In this document: piece by piece, positions 33,061 to 47,605 of the stretch | How the letters are laid out: the number at the start of each line of letters is the position of its first letter | Position numbering within the stretch: the stretch's first letter is position 1 | Assembly: GCF_009914755.1 (NCBI RefSeq) | Contig: NC_060936.1 | DNA: 64,000 bases | Strand: one strand, 5' to 3' | DNA from: the human T2T-CHM13v2.0 reference genome, Homo sapiens | Made by a program: the position numbers and the translations under genes | Notes under the pieces: generated by a model | Told to the model about the DNA's origin: nothing | The model's input: only the letters and a program-made list of their open reading frames with translations | The model's database searches: none

Positions 33061-34077
33061 TTACGATTTGGCATGTTTTTGCAGTGGCTGGTACCGGTTG
33101 TTCCTTTCCATGTTTAGTGCTTCCTTCAGGAGCTCTTGTAAGGCAGGCCTGGTGGTGACAAAATCTCTCAGCATTTGCTTGTCTGTAAAGGATTTTATTT
33201 CTCCTTCACTTATGAAGCTTAGTATGGCTGGCTATGAAATTCTGGGTTGAAAATTCTTTTCTTTAAGAATGTTGAATATTGTCCCCCACTCTCTTCTGGC
33301 TTGTAGAGTTTCTGCTGAGATATCCACTGTTAGTCTGATGGGCTTCTCTTTGTGTAACCCGACCTTTCTCTCTGGCTGCCCTTAACATTTTTTCCTTCAT
33401 TTCAACTTTGGTGAATCTGACAATTATGTGTCTTGGAGTTGCTCTTCTTGAGGAGTATCTTTGTGGCATTCTCTGTATTTCCTGAATTTGAATGTTGGCC
33501 TGCCTTGCTAGATTAGGGAAGTTCTCCTGGATAATATCCTGCAGAGTGTTTTCCAACTTAGTTCCATTCTCCCCATCACTTTCAGGTACACCAATCAGAC
33601 GTAGATTTGGTCTTTTCACATAGTCCCATATTTCTTGGAGGCTTTGTTCATTTCTTTTTATTCTTTTTTCTCTAAACTTCTCTTCTCACTTCATTTCATT
33701 CATTTGATCTTCCAATCACTGATACCCTTTCTTCCAGTTGATCAAATTGGCTACTGAAGCTTGTGCATGCATCACGTAGTTCTTGTGCCATAGTTTTCAG
33801 CTCCGTCAGGTCCTTTAAGGACTTCTCTGCATTGGTTATTCTAGTTAGCCATTCATCTAGTCTTTTTTCAAGGTGTTTAACTTCTTTGCCATGGGTTCAA
33901 ACTTCCTCCTTTAGCTCGGAGAAGTTTGATCATCTGAAGTCTTCTTCTCTCAACTCGTCAAAGTCATTCTCCATCCGGCTTTGTTCCATTGCTGGTGAGG
34001 AGCTGCATTCCTTTGGAGGGGGAGAGGTGCTCTGATTTTTAGAATTTTCAGTTTTTCTGCTCTGTTTTTTTCCCCAT
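33061..34077 (-). pseudogene. Disrupted L1 ORF1
   Basis: ATG GGG AAA at 34077; fragment KRPNLRLIGVPESDGENGTKLENTLQDIIQENFPNLARQ; frameshifted. Confidence 0.9.
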
Positions 34078-36885
34078 CTCTGTGGTTTTATCTACCTTTG
34101 GTCTTTGATGAAGGTGACGTACAGATGGGGTTTTGGTGTGGATGTCCTTTCTGTTTGTTAGTTTTCCTTCTAAGAATCAGGACCCTCAGCTGCAGGTCTG
34201 TTGGAGTTTGCTGGAGGTCCACTCCAGATCCTGTTTGCCTGGGCATCAGCAGCAGAGGCTGCAGAACAGCAAATATTGGTGAACAGCAAATGTTGCTGCC
34301 TGATTGTTCCTCTAGAAGTTTTGTCTCAGAGGGCTACCCGGCCGTGTGAGGTGTCAGTCTGCCCCTACTGGGTGGTGCCTCCCAGTTAGGCTACTTGGGG
34401 GTCAGGGACCCACTTGAGGAGGCAGTCTGTCCGTTCTCAGATCTCAAGCTGCGTGCTGGGAGAATCACTACTGTCTTCCAAGCTGTCAGACAGGGACATT
34501 TAAGTCTGCAGAGGTTTCTGCTGCCTTTTGTTTGGCTATGCCCTGCCCACAGAGGTGGAGTATACAGAGGTAGGCAGGCCTCCTTGAGCTGCAGTGGGCT
34601 CCACCCAGTTCGAGCTTCCCGGCCACTTTGTTTACCTGCTGAAGCCTCAGGAATGGCGGGAGCCTCTCCCCCAGCCTCGCTGCCGCCTTGCAGTTTGATC
34701 TCAGACTGCTGTGCTAGCAATGAGTGAGGCTCCGTGGACGTAGGACCCTCCAAGCCACGTGCGGGATATAATCTCCTGGTGTGCCGTTTGCTAAGACCAC
34801 TGGAAAAGCGCAGTATCAGGGTGGGGGTGACCCGATTTTCCAGGTTCCATCTGTTACCCCTTTCCTTGGCTAGGAAAGGGAATTCCCTGACCCCTTGCAC
34901 TTCCCGGGCGAGGCAATGCCTCGCCCTGCTTCAGCTCACACTAGGTGCACTGCACCCACTGTCCTGCACCCACTGTCTGACAATCCCCAGTGAGACAAAC
35001 CTGGTACCTCAGTTGGAAATGCAGAAATCATCCGTCTTCTGCGTCGCTCATGCTGAGAGCTGTAGACTGGAGCTGTTCCTATTCGGCCATCTTGGAACCC
35101 TCTCCTCTTCATTTTGTATAGTTAATACTGCTTGTCTTTAAGTTCACTAATCTTTTATTTCTCAGTCTTTAAACTGCTGTTAATTCTATATCTTGTATTT
35201 TTATTTTGAACATTGTATTTTCATTGGTAGAAGTTCAATTTGGTTTTGTTTATATCTTTCTTCTTTTTTAACTTGCTTATTTCTCTACCTTCTTGAATAC
35301 ATAGAGTACAGTTATAATAACTATTTCTAAATCTTTGTCTACTAATAATATCATATATGTGATCTCTGGGTTGGTTTCAATTAACTGGTGTTTTCCCTCA
35401 GTATTTATGCCTAGTAAGTTTTATTGAATTCAGACATTGCAAATATTACTTTGTTGGGTGCTTCTTATTCTTGTACTTTAAAAAATTCTTGAACTTTTTT
35501 CTGTGTCCATTTTGAGGTGTACCCTGTGTTAGAGATTTGTTGCCATTGACAGAGGGCTGAAGGCATAGAGTGGAGCTCTTTGAGAATTTTAAGAAGAAAT
35601 AATATGAATTTTAGCACCTGGTGGATAAGTTTACAGAATTTTCTTTCATTGCAACATACCTGGTGGTACAATTTAGGAGCTAAGTTTCCTGCTGACCTCT
35701 AGCCACTGGAGGCTATACCTTTTTACCAAAATAACCTAACTGCTGATTAGTCAAAGTGGCTTTAAGTCAGTGTACAAAATCTCCCTATGAACAGCACTGG
35801 CCTTCCACCAGCTGCCCAGTGCTACAGGTTTTTCTAGGCAACTAGAAAACAACTTCTGTTGTTTCTAGGCAAGTCTTGTTCCAGTTAAGTGTTCAGGAAC
35901 TTTCTTCTTGCTAAGTTCATCCACATCAGAACCTTTCTGAAGCACCAGAAACATTGCCTAGTGTCCAGCTGATACACCACACAACCATCCCATGCAAAGG
36001 CACATCAACTCATAGGCATTGCTTCCCAGCAGCCTCCTAGGCATAAAAACCTTCACTTCCTCTCTGTTTAGGACAATCTACATAAATTTGTCGAGCACAC
36101 CCAGTGGTTCTCAAATATTAATGTGTAGTGGAATTACCTGCCATGCCTATTAAAATGTTCTTTCCTGAGTCTTACACCAGGGAATCCCTATTTGGTAGGT
36201 GTTAAGTGTCAGGTTTTGCATAAAATTGTAGCAGGTTCTTATTGCCCAAGGGGATGAAATTGGACTGAAATTCAGCCCATTCTCAGCTTGCCAAACCGTA
36301 CACTCTAGTGTGGGCCTGGTATACCAAGAGGAAGGGGCACCTTCAATTTATTTTAGTTTCATCTGCTTTCTAAGCCTAGTGTCTGTGGGGATATATCCAC
36401 AAGAGCAGTGAGGGTAGGGATGATTTTTCTAATTTGCACAAAGGCTGTCTATGCCCTGGCATATTAGTCCAGGGCTTCCAAAAGGGAGATGTCAGACAGG
36501 GCTAGAGATACAAGAGATTACTTAGAGGAAACAGGTGTGATGAAAAAAATGAGAAGAAAGCCAGGAGAAGCAGAGGGAGACACCAATGCAGGTCTGACCC
36601 TTGTGAACAAGAGAGGGAGTCAAGGAAAGTTGGATGGAAAAGCTTTAGACTATATGTAGGTCTGAGAAAAATTGGTAAAGCTGATGGGGAGTCCTCTAGC
36701 CAAAATCACCCACAGAGGAAGCCTGCATCTTAAAGGAGTGGGCCTGCCCTGGCATCTCTACCATGCTCAGTCATGGACTAGAAGGAGTCATGAGAAGTGT
36801 AGTCTCATGAAAAAATAGTAGATTTCAAGGTAATTATGCTTCTGAAGTTGGAGATCTAAGAGGTGCTTGTTAATGGCTCGCATAC

Positions 36886-37250
36886 TGTATTAGTCCATTC
36901 TCACACTGCTATGAAGAAATACCCAAGCCTGGGTAATTTATAAAGGAAAGAGGTTTAATTGGCTCACAGTTCTGCATTGCTGGGGAGGCCACAGAAACTT
37001 ACAGTCATGGTGGAAGGCAAAGGAGAAGCAGGCACCTCTTCACAGGGTGGCAGAACAGAGTAAGTGCAAGCAGGGGAAATGCCAGACACTTATAAAGCCA
37101 TCAGATCTCGTGAGACTCATTCACTATCACAAGAACAGCACGGGGGAAACTGCCCCATGATCCAATTACCTCCACACGGTCTAGCCCTTGACACATGGGG
37201 ATTATAATTCAAGATGAGATTTTAGGTGGGGACACAGCCAAACTATATCA
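36886..37250 (-). mobile_element. THE1 (MaLR) solo LTR
   Basis: tgtattagtcc...cagccaaactatatca; 5-bp TSD catac/tatac. Confidence 0.88.
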
Positions 37251-39390
37251 TATACCTAATGAGGAGGGCCTTGGAAATCTGCCTTTGTAAAAGTTCCCCA
37301 CTCCCAAGGGATTCCAAACACCTTGTCCAGTGAATCACCCTTAGAGGAACACCTGCCTAAATTTTTTAAAAGAAAGGTATATTAACTGTCCCTAAGGAAG
37401 AAGAATGTCCAGACTTCCTAAACACAAGGTCACACTCTTGGGAGCTTGGATTGGGGAAGCTCTCCAATTCCTCTCTGATCAGTGTAGCCCAGAGCATGGT
37501 TATATTCTCAACAAATGACTCTGCCCCATGTTCTGCCACATGTGTTATAACAGGAATGAGCTGAGTGGAACAGGCACCAAGATGATGGAAGTCAAATCTG
37601 CCTCAGAGGCAGGGTCAGGGAAAGGGTCTTTGAAGGTGGGAAAAGCACAAGTAAGGAATGGAGAGAAAGGCCTGTCTAGAAGAGCAGGGAATAGTCTGTT
37701 TGGCTGCATGGAAAGAGTGCAAGATGGGGAGATAAGTTGGTTCCATGCTTGGAGGAACAGATTCAGTGGAATGTGAGTTTGGGAGACTGGGATTTAGGCA
37801 TCATTGCCTGAAAATGTAAAAATACCTGGGAGGACATTTCTGCAAGGTGGCACTGATTGCTGAGTCTCAGGCTTCAGGAGGCCCTGTGTTGTTCTGAGCA
37901 AGCCCAGAAGGCAAACTGGGTGTCACCCAGAGAGCTCCTTGTACACCCATTTCTGGGGAGAGGTACAGGGAACAAGAGAGGGAAATAGTTGGGGAGCTGT
38001 CACTACCTTCCTAGCTCTGCACAGGGCTGGCCCTGGCTCCCAAAACACCATCTCAGCTCAAGAGGGGCCTCCTATAAAAAGCAAACAGAAGAACTATTTG
38101 ATGGTGAACGATTTATGAAGATGCTCTCTTAGCACACTTTGCTCAACAATATGAGTGAACTCAAATGGCTGAGTTGGTTTTCAGATTGGCTCCCAAGTGT
38201 TTACCTGGTCCCTGCTTGATTCAGCTCTCTCCCTTCCTCTACATCCTCACCTCCTGCTGCTCATCCTTAGACAAAGACCAAAATCTTTAACAAGGCCCTT
38301 TCTTCATGATCTAGCTTTTGCCATCTGTTGAGATCAGATCTAAACCAACTGGGCCATTCAGAACTAGATTATTTTTGGTAAATATTGGTAAGTAACATCA
38401 AGTAGATGAAGTGATAAGAGCTCTAGATCTCTTCCCCTGACAACCCTTATCCCAGTCCATCAATCAGTATTACCGGAGTGTCTGTTAAATCCACAACTCT
38501 CTCCTCACTAGACTGGTAGGATCATGGAAATAAGAACCAAGTCTGTATGCTCACTGGTAAATATCAAAGATCTTAGATGGTCGGATTCAAACAAGTACGA
38601 GTAATTTATTTCCTGAGTGTTTTAACTGTTACAATACCAATCTGAAAAAACAAAACCTAAAGAAGATCCACTCTGAATAATAGCAACTATCATTCGTTAA
38701 GCACCTAATATTTCCAATCCCTACTACAACCTACCTAGAAGACAGTATGGTCCCCACATACACCTGAACTGAATCTCAGAGTCAGGCATTGACTTTGCCA
38801 AAAGCAAAGGGTTATAAGCAAAGAGTTTAGCTGGGATTTGAACCCAGAACATTCTGACTGCAATGTCCCAGCTCCTCCCATGACACAATCGCATCGCATT
38901 TCATGCCACTACTAGCCTAGTTGGTGAGAGCAACCCAAACCAATGTCTTGCTTTTCGAATACTTATGAATATTAGCTACCCATCAGTATTTCTCCCCCTT
39001 CCCTTGCCCCACAAACATGCCTGTTACCTGAGCTGTTGTCCTGGGGTGCATACCTGCCTGATAATGGTGGATGTTAGTGATAAATGGTGCAGTAGATTCT
39101 GGAGCATCTTTCCAGGTTTTGAGCCTGGCTCTGCCACTGCTGTGGAAATACCACAGATCAAAATGGGCAATTTAGACTGTGTCGTTTACTAATATTCTGG
39201 ATGCAGGAAGGAAATGGAAGGAGCCCGAGAGAAAACCATCTACAGATGGATATGACTCCCACCTCCATAGTACCTGCATGTTATGAATGTTCTTCTAAAG
39301 AACTAGCCTAGTAACTTAATGGAGCCCCCAGGGTCTCTTTCAGAGAGCTGCATTTCTTAGTGCTTAGAAGTCTCTTTCTTCAAGAACTGC

Positions 39391-39756
39391 TGCTATGGTC
39401 TGAATGTTTGTGTCTCCCCAAAATTCATATGTTCATACCTAATCCCCAATGTGATTGTATTAAAAGGTAAAAGTCTTTGGGAGGTGATTAGGTCCTAAGA
39501 ACAGGGCCCTTATGGATGGGATTAGTGCCCTCATAAAAGAGACCCCAGAGAGCTCCCTCACCCCTTCCACCAAGTGAAGATACAGTGAGAAGTCACCATC
39601 TATGAACCAGAAAACAGGCCCTCACCAGACACAGAATCTGCCAGAACCTCGATATTGGACTTCCCAGACTACAGGACTGTGAGAAATAAACTTCTGTTGT
39701 TTATAAGCCACCCAGTCTAAGACATTTTGTTATAGCAGCCTGAATTGACTAAGACA
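39391..39756 (+). mobile_element. MLT1A-type solo LTR
   Basis: tgctatggtctgaatgtttgtgtc...gactaagaca; TSD actgc. Confidence 0.88.
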
Positions 39757-40073
39757 ACTGCATTTTTATTTTCCACGGATGCTGATTTCACATGCCACAG
39801 GGAAGATGTATGGCAGAATGAGCTGTGGCACAGGAAAGCTTATGGCAAAGGTCTTATGTGATGGGGATGAGAGGGAAGGGACAGCAGGAAGGTGGTCACT
39901 TCAGTAGAGGAAAGCTAAGTGTGTCTATCATTACCCCTTGCCAGCTGGGTGACTTTGGCCAAGTCACTTAACCACTCTGTGCCTGTTTCCTCATCTAGAA
40001 AGTATGGCTAAAAATAAGATTTAACTTCAGAGGATTGCTGTGAGTTGTAAACAAATGCATCCTTTATTATTAT

Positions 40074-40432
40074 TGATATGGCTTGGCTCTGTGTCCCCAC
40101 CCAGTCTCACCTTAAATTGTAATAATTCTCACGTGTCATGGGAGGGACCCAGGGGGAGGTAATTGAATCATGGGGGCGGGCCTTTCCCATGCTGTTCTCA
40201 TGATTGTGAATAAGTCTCACGACATCTGATGGTTTTATAAAGAGGAATTCCCCTGCACATGCCCTCTTGCCTGCTGCCGTGTAAGACGTCACTTTGCTCT
40301 TTCTTTGTCTTCTGCCATAATTTTGAGGCCTCCCCAGCCATGTGGAACAGTGAGTCCATTAAATCTCTTTCCTTTTTAAATTACCCGGTCTCAGGCATGT
40401 CTTTATTAGCAGCATGAGAATGGACTAATACA
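40074..40432 (+). mobile_element. THE1B-like solo LTR
   Basis: tgatatggcttggctctgtgtccccaccc...ggactaataca; TSD attat. Confidence 0.9.
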
Positions 40433-41736
40433 ATTATCTAGAACTTCCCGTCTTGTGGGAGGCACTTACCTTGCTAACTTAAATGGGGGAACATTTCATC
40501 TTGCCTCATTCACACAGACACATTTCATGGTCATTGCATGGTTTCTGCTTGGTGCTTGCAGGTCCAGATTTCTAATTTAAACAGTCAGAGCTCATCCATA
40601 TTGGCAATAAACCCAGGTCAACTCAGCACTCAAAGTGTAGAACAACAGCAAGTATAAAAAGAAATAGAATTTCTTTTCATCCTCATCACAATAGTACCTT
40701 AAACTTCTGTCACTTGCCATAATTTTTAATTCTCTATTTGATTGTGGGCATTGTAATTTCTGGCTTTCTAGCTAAATGTCCCCCTGCCCCACCATGAAAT
40801 ATAATGCTTGGCACATATTAGGATATTCCCTGAATGTTTAGTGAATGTCCTCTAATAAATGTCCATAAAAGCTACAATTCAGATCTAGAATATCACAGAA
40901 GTACAAAAATTTATGCACATTAGGAATCAGCTTCCGAATAAAATCTAAATTCCTTTGCTTACCATACTAGGCACTTCATTAATTGGCCCCAACTGTCCCA
41001 TTTTACCTCATCAGCAACGCCCCCCGCCCCCGCCACCCCACAACTCTCACACCCAGCTCCCAAGTCCCCAGCCCCATAAAACTCTGTCATTCCCAGAACA
41101 GGTCATGCCCTTTTACAATTCCAAGACCTTGTACTTGCTATTGCCTCTTCCTGAAATATCCTTTCCTTTTAAGCATAGCCAATTCCTACTGCACCTTCAA
41201 AAGCCCCATTTAAATAACTCCTCCTCAGGGATGTCTCTCGGGCTCCCTAAGGCAGCATCAATACCTCCCTTCTCTGGACTCCCTCAATACCCTGTCTAGC
41301 ACACCTATGAAGAGGCCTGGCCTTAGTCAAGCCAAGGGCTGAGCTTAAAGTCCTAGCTTTACAACTTACAAACTGTGAGACCTTGGGTGAGTATATGCAA
41401 CCTCTCTGAAACTGTCTTTTCATCTGCTAACCAGCACCAATAGCAACCACCCCTGAAGGTTGCAATAGGAGTGATCTAATTTGATCATTGTGAAGTGTAT
41501 AGCAAACTCTCAAGAAATGGTAGATAGTGTGATACTTTCTAATACAGCACATGACCACATTGCAATTCACCTGTGTTTACTCCTGCCTTTTCTTTAAACC
41601 CTAGATGACACCAACAGGTTCTGCAATTATTTCTTATCCCTGGCAACTAGCACACTTAGTAGGTGTTTAAGCGCATCCTTGCAGAATGCTTGTGTGCAGT
41701 CACGAATGAATACATCTGAGCTGTTTGATTCCCTAG

Positions 41737-41822
41737 AGTGCCCAGGTGGAGCGGGGTCACCCTGCAATGGCAGAGGCAGTTGTGCTGAAGGCATGGAAGG
41801 AAATGGAACCTGCTCCTGCCAA
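41737..41822 (+). CDS. STAB2: Stabilin-2 coding exon 4 ([29 protein letters not shown]; EGF-like)
   Basis: ttccctag| acceptor, 86 nt, phase 1 to 0, donor CAA|GTAAGT. Confidence 0.96.
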
Positions 41823-41891
41823 GTAAGTTCAAAAATGTGTTCTTCCTTTCCTGGTTTCTGCTCCCCATCTTCTTACCTGTTGATCCTCCTT

Positions 41892-41893
<2 letters not shown>

Positions 41894-41927
<34 letters not shown>

Positions 41928-41942
41928 ACACACACATATACA
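41894..41942 (+). repeat. (CA)n microsatellite about 70 bp downstream of exon 4
   Basis: About 15 perfect CA units plus a degenerate tail. Confidence 0.9.
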
Positions 41943-42084
41943 GCGAAGTTCTTAAGCAGTGAAGGTATTAATTTTTTAAAAATGTGCAATTTGCAACAAA
42001 ATGACCATTTATAGCCTGGGGGCCTTTAGGAGAGTCAATTAACTGCTCAGTCTTAAGCATATCCACTTGTAAAAATGGGTTTGA

Positions 42085-42506
<422 letters not shown>

Positions 42507-42643
42507 TCACTATTAGCAGACAAACCTTATGGTGCTATCCTCTGCATCCTTTGTGAACCGTTAGGCTTACCGGTTCAAGATTTTCTTTTACCAGTTGAAG
42601 AATTTCTTCGTTATCTCATGAAAGTGACTTTTTGCACATTTCA

Positions 42644-43069
<426 letters not shown>

Positions 43070-43310
43070 CTATTTATATCTTTGGACTGACAAAGCAGCT
43101 TTCTCCTGCAGAGCTTCAGACCCTTAGTACAAAATGACATGGGGATTAATGCATGCAATGATAACACAAATAAACAGAAAGAAGAAGCTCCAGGATAGGC
43201 ACAGAGGGAAAATATATTTGAAAAACAAATGCTGAGTTGGAAATCCAAGGCCTTCCTTGGTACCATGGGTCACCTTGGGTCTAATGTCAACCACCTGGGG
43301 TGTTTTGCAG

Positions 43311-43380
43311 GAAGGGTTTGGTGGAACAGCCTGTGAAACCTGTGCTGACGACAACTTATTTGGACCCAGCTGTTCATCAG
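43311..43380 (+). CDS. STAB2: Stabilin-2 coding exon 5 ([23 protein letters not shown])
   Basis: ttttgcag| acceptor, 70 nt, phase 0 to 1, donor CAG|GTATGT. Confidence 0.96.
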
Positions 43381-43475
43381 GTATGTCTGATTTTTGTGTA
43401 ATCACCACATTTGTAAGGGTTGACAGTCCATGAGAAAGATTGCTCCTTGAGGAGAAAACACTGAATAGTTATGTG

Positions 43476-43906
43476 TGATAAAAAAGAAACTTCAGCAGAA
43501 TTAAATTTAAAGGAGTTTAATCGGGCAATGAACAATTCATGAATCAGGCAGTTTCTGGAATCACAGCAGATTCACAGAGACTCAGTGAAGCCATGTGATG
43601 AAAGAAGATTTATAGACAAAAAAAAGGGAAATGACATACAGCAATCGGAAGTGAGGTACAGAATGGCTGGATTGGTTACAGCTTGGCATTTGCCTTATTT
43701 GAACACAGTTTGAACACTCAGCAGTATATGAATGATCCAAGTATGGCTGCTGGGATTGGCCAAAACTCAGCTATTGTTACAGGTGCATACTCCTAAGTTA
43801 GGTTTTCAATCTCATCTACCTATTAAGCTAGGTTGCAATTCATCCACAAGGACTCAAATATGGAAGTACAGAGTCCTTATCAAGTCATGATTAGTTCACT
43901 TTAACA
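43476..43906 (-). mobile_element. ERV1 solo LTR, MER57A-like
   Basis: Reverse complement starts TGTTAAAGTGAACTAA and ends TTTTTATCA; 4-bp TSD tgtg. Confidence 0.8.
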
Positions 43907-44534
43907 TGTGTAACCAAGTCTACATAGAGAAAACAAAACAACAAAGCTGTTAAATGCAGTCATTGAAAACAGAGACAGTGTTTCCTGAGGTTCTCAGCCC
44001 TGGCATGTGCAGTCAGCTACTCCCCGGAAATGCTTCCACCCATCTTTATGATTCCCTCTCCCCAGGCTCTAGGATTCCACCACTGCCTGTTCTTTGCCTG
44101 CCCAGCTTTTCTCTGGGCTCTTTCTGGATCCTGGTCTCAGCATAGATCCATAGGCTTCCAATTAAACCGTGGGCCCCACCTAATTCTAATGGTTCCCTTC
44201 CTTTTGGGAGTTCACAAATAATTCCCTAAGGTGGTCAGTGATTGTTGCTCCAAATTAAAGAAACAAATTTGAGACTGGCTTGTTCACTCTCTTATTTTTG
44301 GCTGCCCCCAGAAGTAGACTCTGAGATAGAGATTTGAGTAACAAGTAGTTAGTTTATTTGAATGGTGATCCCAGGAAACACGAGGATGTGAGGAAGTAAT
44401 ATGGGGAAAATAAACAGGATGTTATTAAGCCAGGTGCCACTGTGAACCACTGGAGCCTGATGCCCCAGGGAGCTCTGGGGGTCGGTGCAGAACACACAGC
44501 TCAGTCATCTCACCTGAGGGGAAAGGAGCCATAG

Positions 44535-45045
44535 TGTGGTGGGCAGAATAACGGCTCCCTGAAGATGTCCACATCCACATCCAAATCCCTAGCACCTGGG
44601 AATATGGTACCTTACATGGCAAAGAGAAGTTAAGGTAGCAAATAGAATTAAGGTTGCTAATCAGCTGACCTTAGGATAAGAGATTATCCTGGGTTATCTG
44701 GGAAGGCCCAGTGTTAATCACAGGGGTCCTTAAGGATGGAGAAGGGAGGCAGAAGAGGAGTGTCAGAGTTACGAAATATGAGAAAGACTCGATCCGCCAA
44801 TTTCTGGCTTTGAAGAAGGAAGAGCCATGAGCCAAGGAATGTGGGTGGCCTCTCGAGGCTGGAAAAGGCAAGGAAACATGTTCTCCCCAGAGTCTCCAAA
44901 AAGGAGCACAACACTGCCAACACCTTGATTTTAGCACAGTGATTTTGGATTTCTGAACTTCAGAAATGTAAGACAATAACTTTGTGTGGTTTTAAGACAC
45001 TAGGTGTGTGGCAATGAGTTACAGCAGCAACAGGGAATTAATATA
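44535..45045 (+). mobile_element. MLT1D-like solo LTR (inside an older degenerate LTR, ~44280-45240)
   Basis: tgtggtgggcagaataa...gaattaaggttgctaatcagctgacctta; TSD catag. Confidence 0.85.
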
Positions 45046-45928
45046 CATAGTCAAGTGGGGAGAGTTTTTCACTCCCTGCCACTTAGAGTGTTTATAGGGA
45101 GCACCAAGGCCAAGCGCTCGTCCTAAGGTTCACACAAAACCCTCAGGCTAAGAGCTGTGGATCCTGGAAGTTAGCTGGAATGCTCACAATCGCAGTCAGT
45201 AAGGTCTAAAGAATGTGGGCATGGTAGAAACAGTGTCTGCTAGATCCACGTCTCCCAAAAAGGAATATATTGGGTAGCTTTTTGCCAACACCACTTGGGC
45301 CCTGACTTTCGTGGAAAAATTAAACTCAGTGGAAAACTGCTTCGATTCAAATATTTTTGGCAAGAAAACCTATGCACACACAACACATCCCACCCCCATA
45401 AGTTTGCAAACTCTGTAATAAGTTTTATCTGCAATTGCAGAGGCATTGCCTTGTTCTAATCCATAAGGTCCTCTTAGGCAGGTGCTGTGGTATCTTTATC
45501 TCCAGTACCTTCTACGTGCTGCCTGCCTGGTAGACACTCACTACACTGTTTTTGGATGAATACATGAGTGAGTGAGTATATGACTAGGTGAATCAATGAA
45601 TGAATTATCTAGCTTGCTCCAGTGATGTTCTCCTGACCCAGAAGCATGGTTTTAGAACCCAGGCTTTAGACTCAGACAAGGTTTCAGCTCTAGGCCTGCT
45701 AATCATGGAGACATAGGTAAGTTTATGAAGCATGCTATCTGTGACTTCATCTGTAAAGATAGAAATAATATTGCCTCCTTTAGAGAGGATTTAATGGGAT
45801 AAGTGCATAATAAATGTTATGATTATTATTCCCTAGCATCCCCTAATCATAGGTGTTTCTTCACCCACTGTCCCATAGAGATTATTTCATAAGACTGTTA
45901 GCAAAAGCAAATTTAAAACAGATATTGG

Positions 45929-46228
45929 AGCTGGGCTCAGTGGCTCACGCCTGTAATCCCAACACTTTGGGAGGCTAAAGCTGGATCCGTTGAGGTCAGG
46001 AGTTTGAGACCAGCCTGGCCAACATGGTGAAACCCCATCTCTACTAAAAATACAAAAATTAGCCGTGTGTGGTGGTGCGCACCTGAAATCCCAGCTACTT
46101 GGGAGGCTGAGGCAAGAGAATCACTTGAATCTAGGAGTCTGAGGTTGCAGTGAGCCGAGATCGTGCCACCACTGCACTCCAGCCTGGGTGACAGAGCAAG
46201 ACTCCATCTCAAAAAAAAAAAAAAAAAA
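45929..46228 (+). mobile_element. Alu (S-type)
   Basis: Dimeric Alu with poly-A; flanking gatattg repeat. Confidence 0.93.
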
Positions 46229-46637
46229 GGATATTGGTGTCCCGTGTGTTTTTAAAGTTAAACATTACATTAAAGGACAGCAACTAAAATGTAATCAGTC
46301 AACTATATAGAAATAGCATGTCTCCTCCCAAATTTACCCTTCCCTGCCATTTAAGAATTTAAATCACATAGGCTAAATAAATATTGAAATGGGAAGGAGT
46401 AAATAAAGCATCCAGCGTTGCTTAGTTCCCAAGAAAGCCTAGTAATTGTCTGGAGATGACAAATTAGGAAGAAGACCCATGTTATCTCCAAGACACTGGT
46501 GTTGGTTACTGATGAGCACAGATGCGCAGGGAAATTCCCAACATTTCCAAATAAAGGAAGTATCCTCCCTTCACACTTAGTGTTGTGGAGAAAGGGCAAG
46601 TGAAAGGGAGAATGATGGTCTCAACACCTAAATTTTT

Positions 46638-47325
46638 TTTATATACTTTAAGTTTTAGGGTACACGTGCACAACGTGCAGCTTAGTTACATATGTGTACA
46701 TGTGCAATGTTGGTGTGCTGCCCCCAGTAACTTGTCATTTAACATTAGGTATATCTCCTAAAGCTATCCCTCCTCCTTCCCCCCACCCACAACAGGCCCC
46801 AGTGTGTGATGTTCCCCTTCCTGTGTCCATGTGTTCTCATTGTTCAGTTCCTACCTATGAGTGAGAACATGCGGTGTTTGGTTTTTTGTCCCTGCGATAG
46901 TTTGCTGAGAATGATGGTTTCCAGCTTCATCCATGTCCCTACAAAGGACATGAACTCATCATTTTTATGGCTGCATAGTATTCCATGGTATATATGTGCC
47001 ACATTTTCTTAATCCAGTCTATCATTGTTGGACATTTGGGTTGGTTCCGAGTCTTTGCTATCGTGAATAGTGCCGCAATAAACATGTGTGTGCATGTGTC
47101 TTTATAGCAGCATGATTTATAATCCTCTGGGTATATACCCAGTAATGGGATGGCTGGGTCAAATGGTATTTCCAGTTCTAGATCCCTGAGGAATCGCCAC
47201 ACTGACTTCCACAATGGTTGAACTAGTTTACAGTCCCACCAACAGTGTAAAAGTGTTCCTATTTCTCCACATCCTCTCCAGCACCTGTTGTTTCCTGACT
47301 TTTTAATGATCGCCATTCTAACTGG
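46638..47325 (-). mobile_element. 5'-truncated L1PA (about 0.7 kb)
   Basis: ORF2 C-terminus ([27 protein letters not shown]) plus 3' UTR; TSD caa(c/t)acctaaattttt. Confidence 0.93.
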
Positions 47326-47394
47326 ACAATACCTAAATTTTTAAATAAGAAAACTGGAAACTTAAACTGAGACCCAAGAGAAAAACCTCCAAGC

Positions 47395-47605
47395 TCTGGA
47401 TTCCAATAGAACTTTCTGTGATGATAGAAATATTGTCTGTTTGCACTGTCCCATACAGTAGCCACTAGCCACATATGACTATTGAGCACCTGAAATGGGG
47501 CTAGTGCAACTGAGGAGTTAAAATTCAAATTTCACTTAATATCATTTAATTCAAATTTAAATAGCCACATGTGGCTCGTGGCTACCAAATTAGACATCAT
47601 AGTCC
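47395..47605. mobile_element. MER3-like hAT MITE
   Basis: tccaatagaactttctgtgatgatagaaat...gtagccactagccacat...gtggctacc. Confidence 0.75.
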
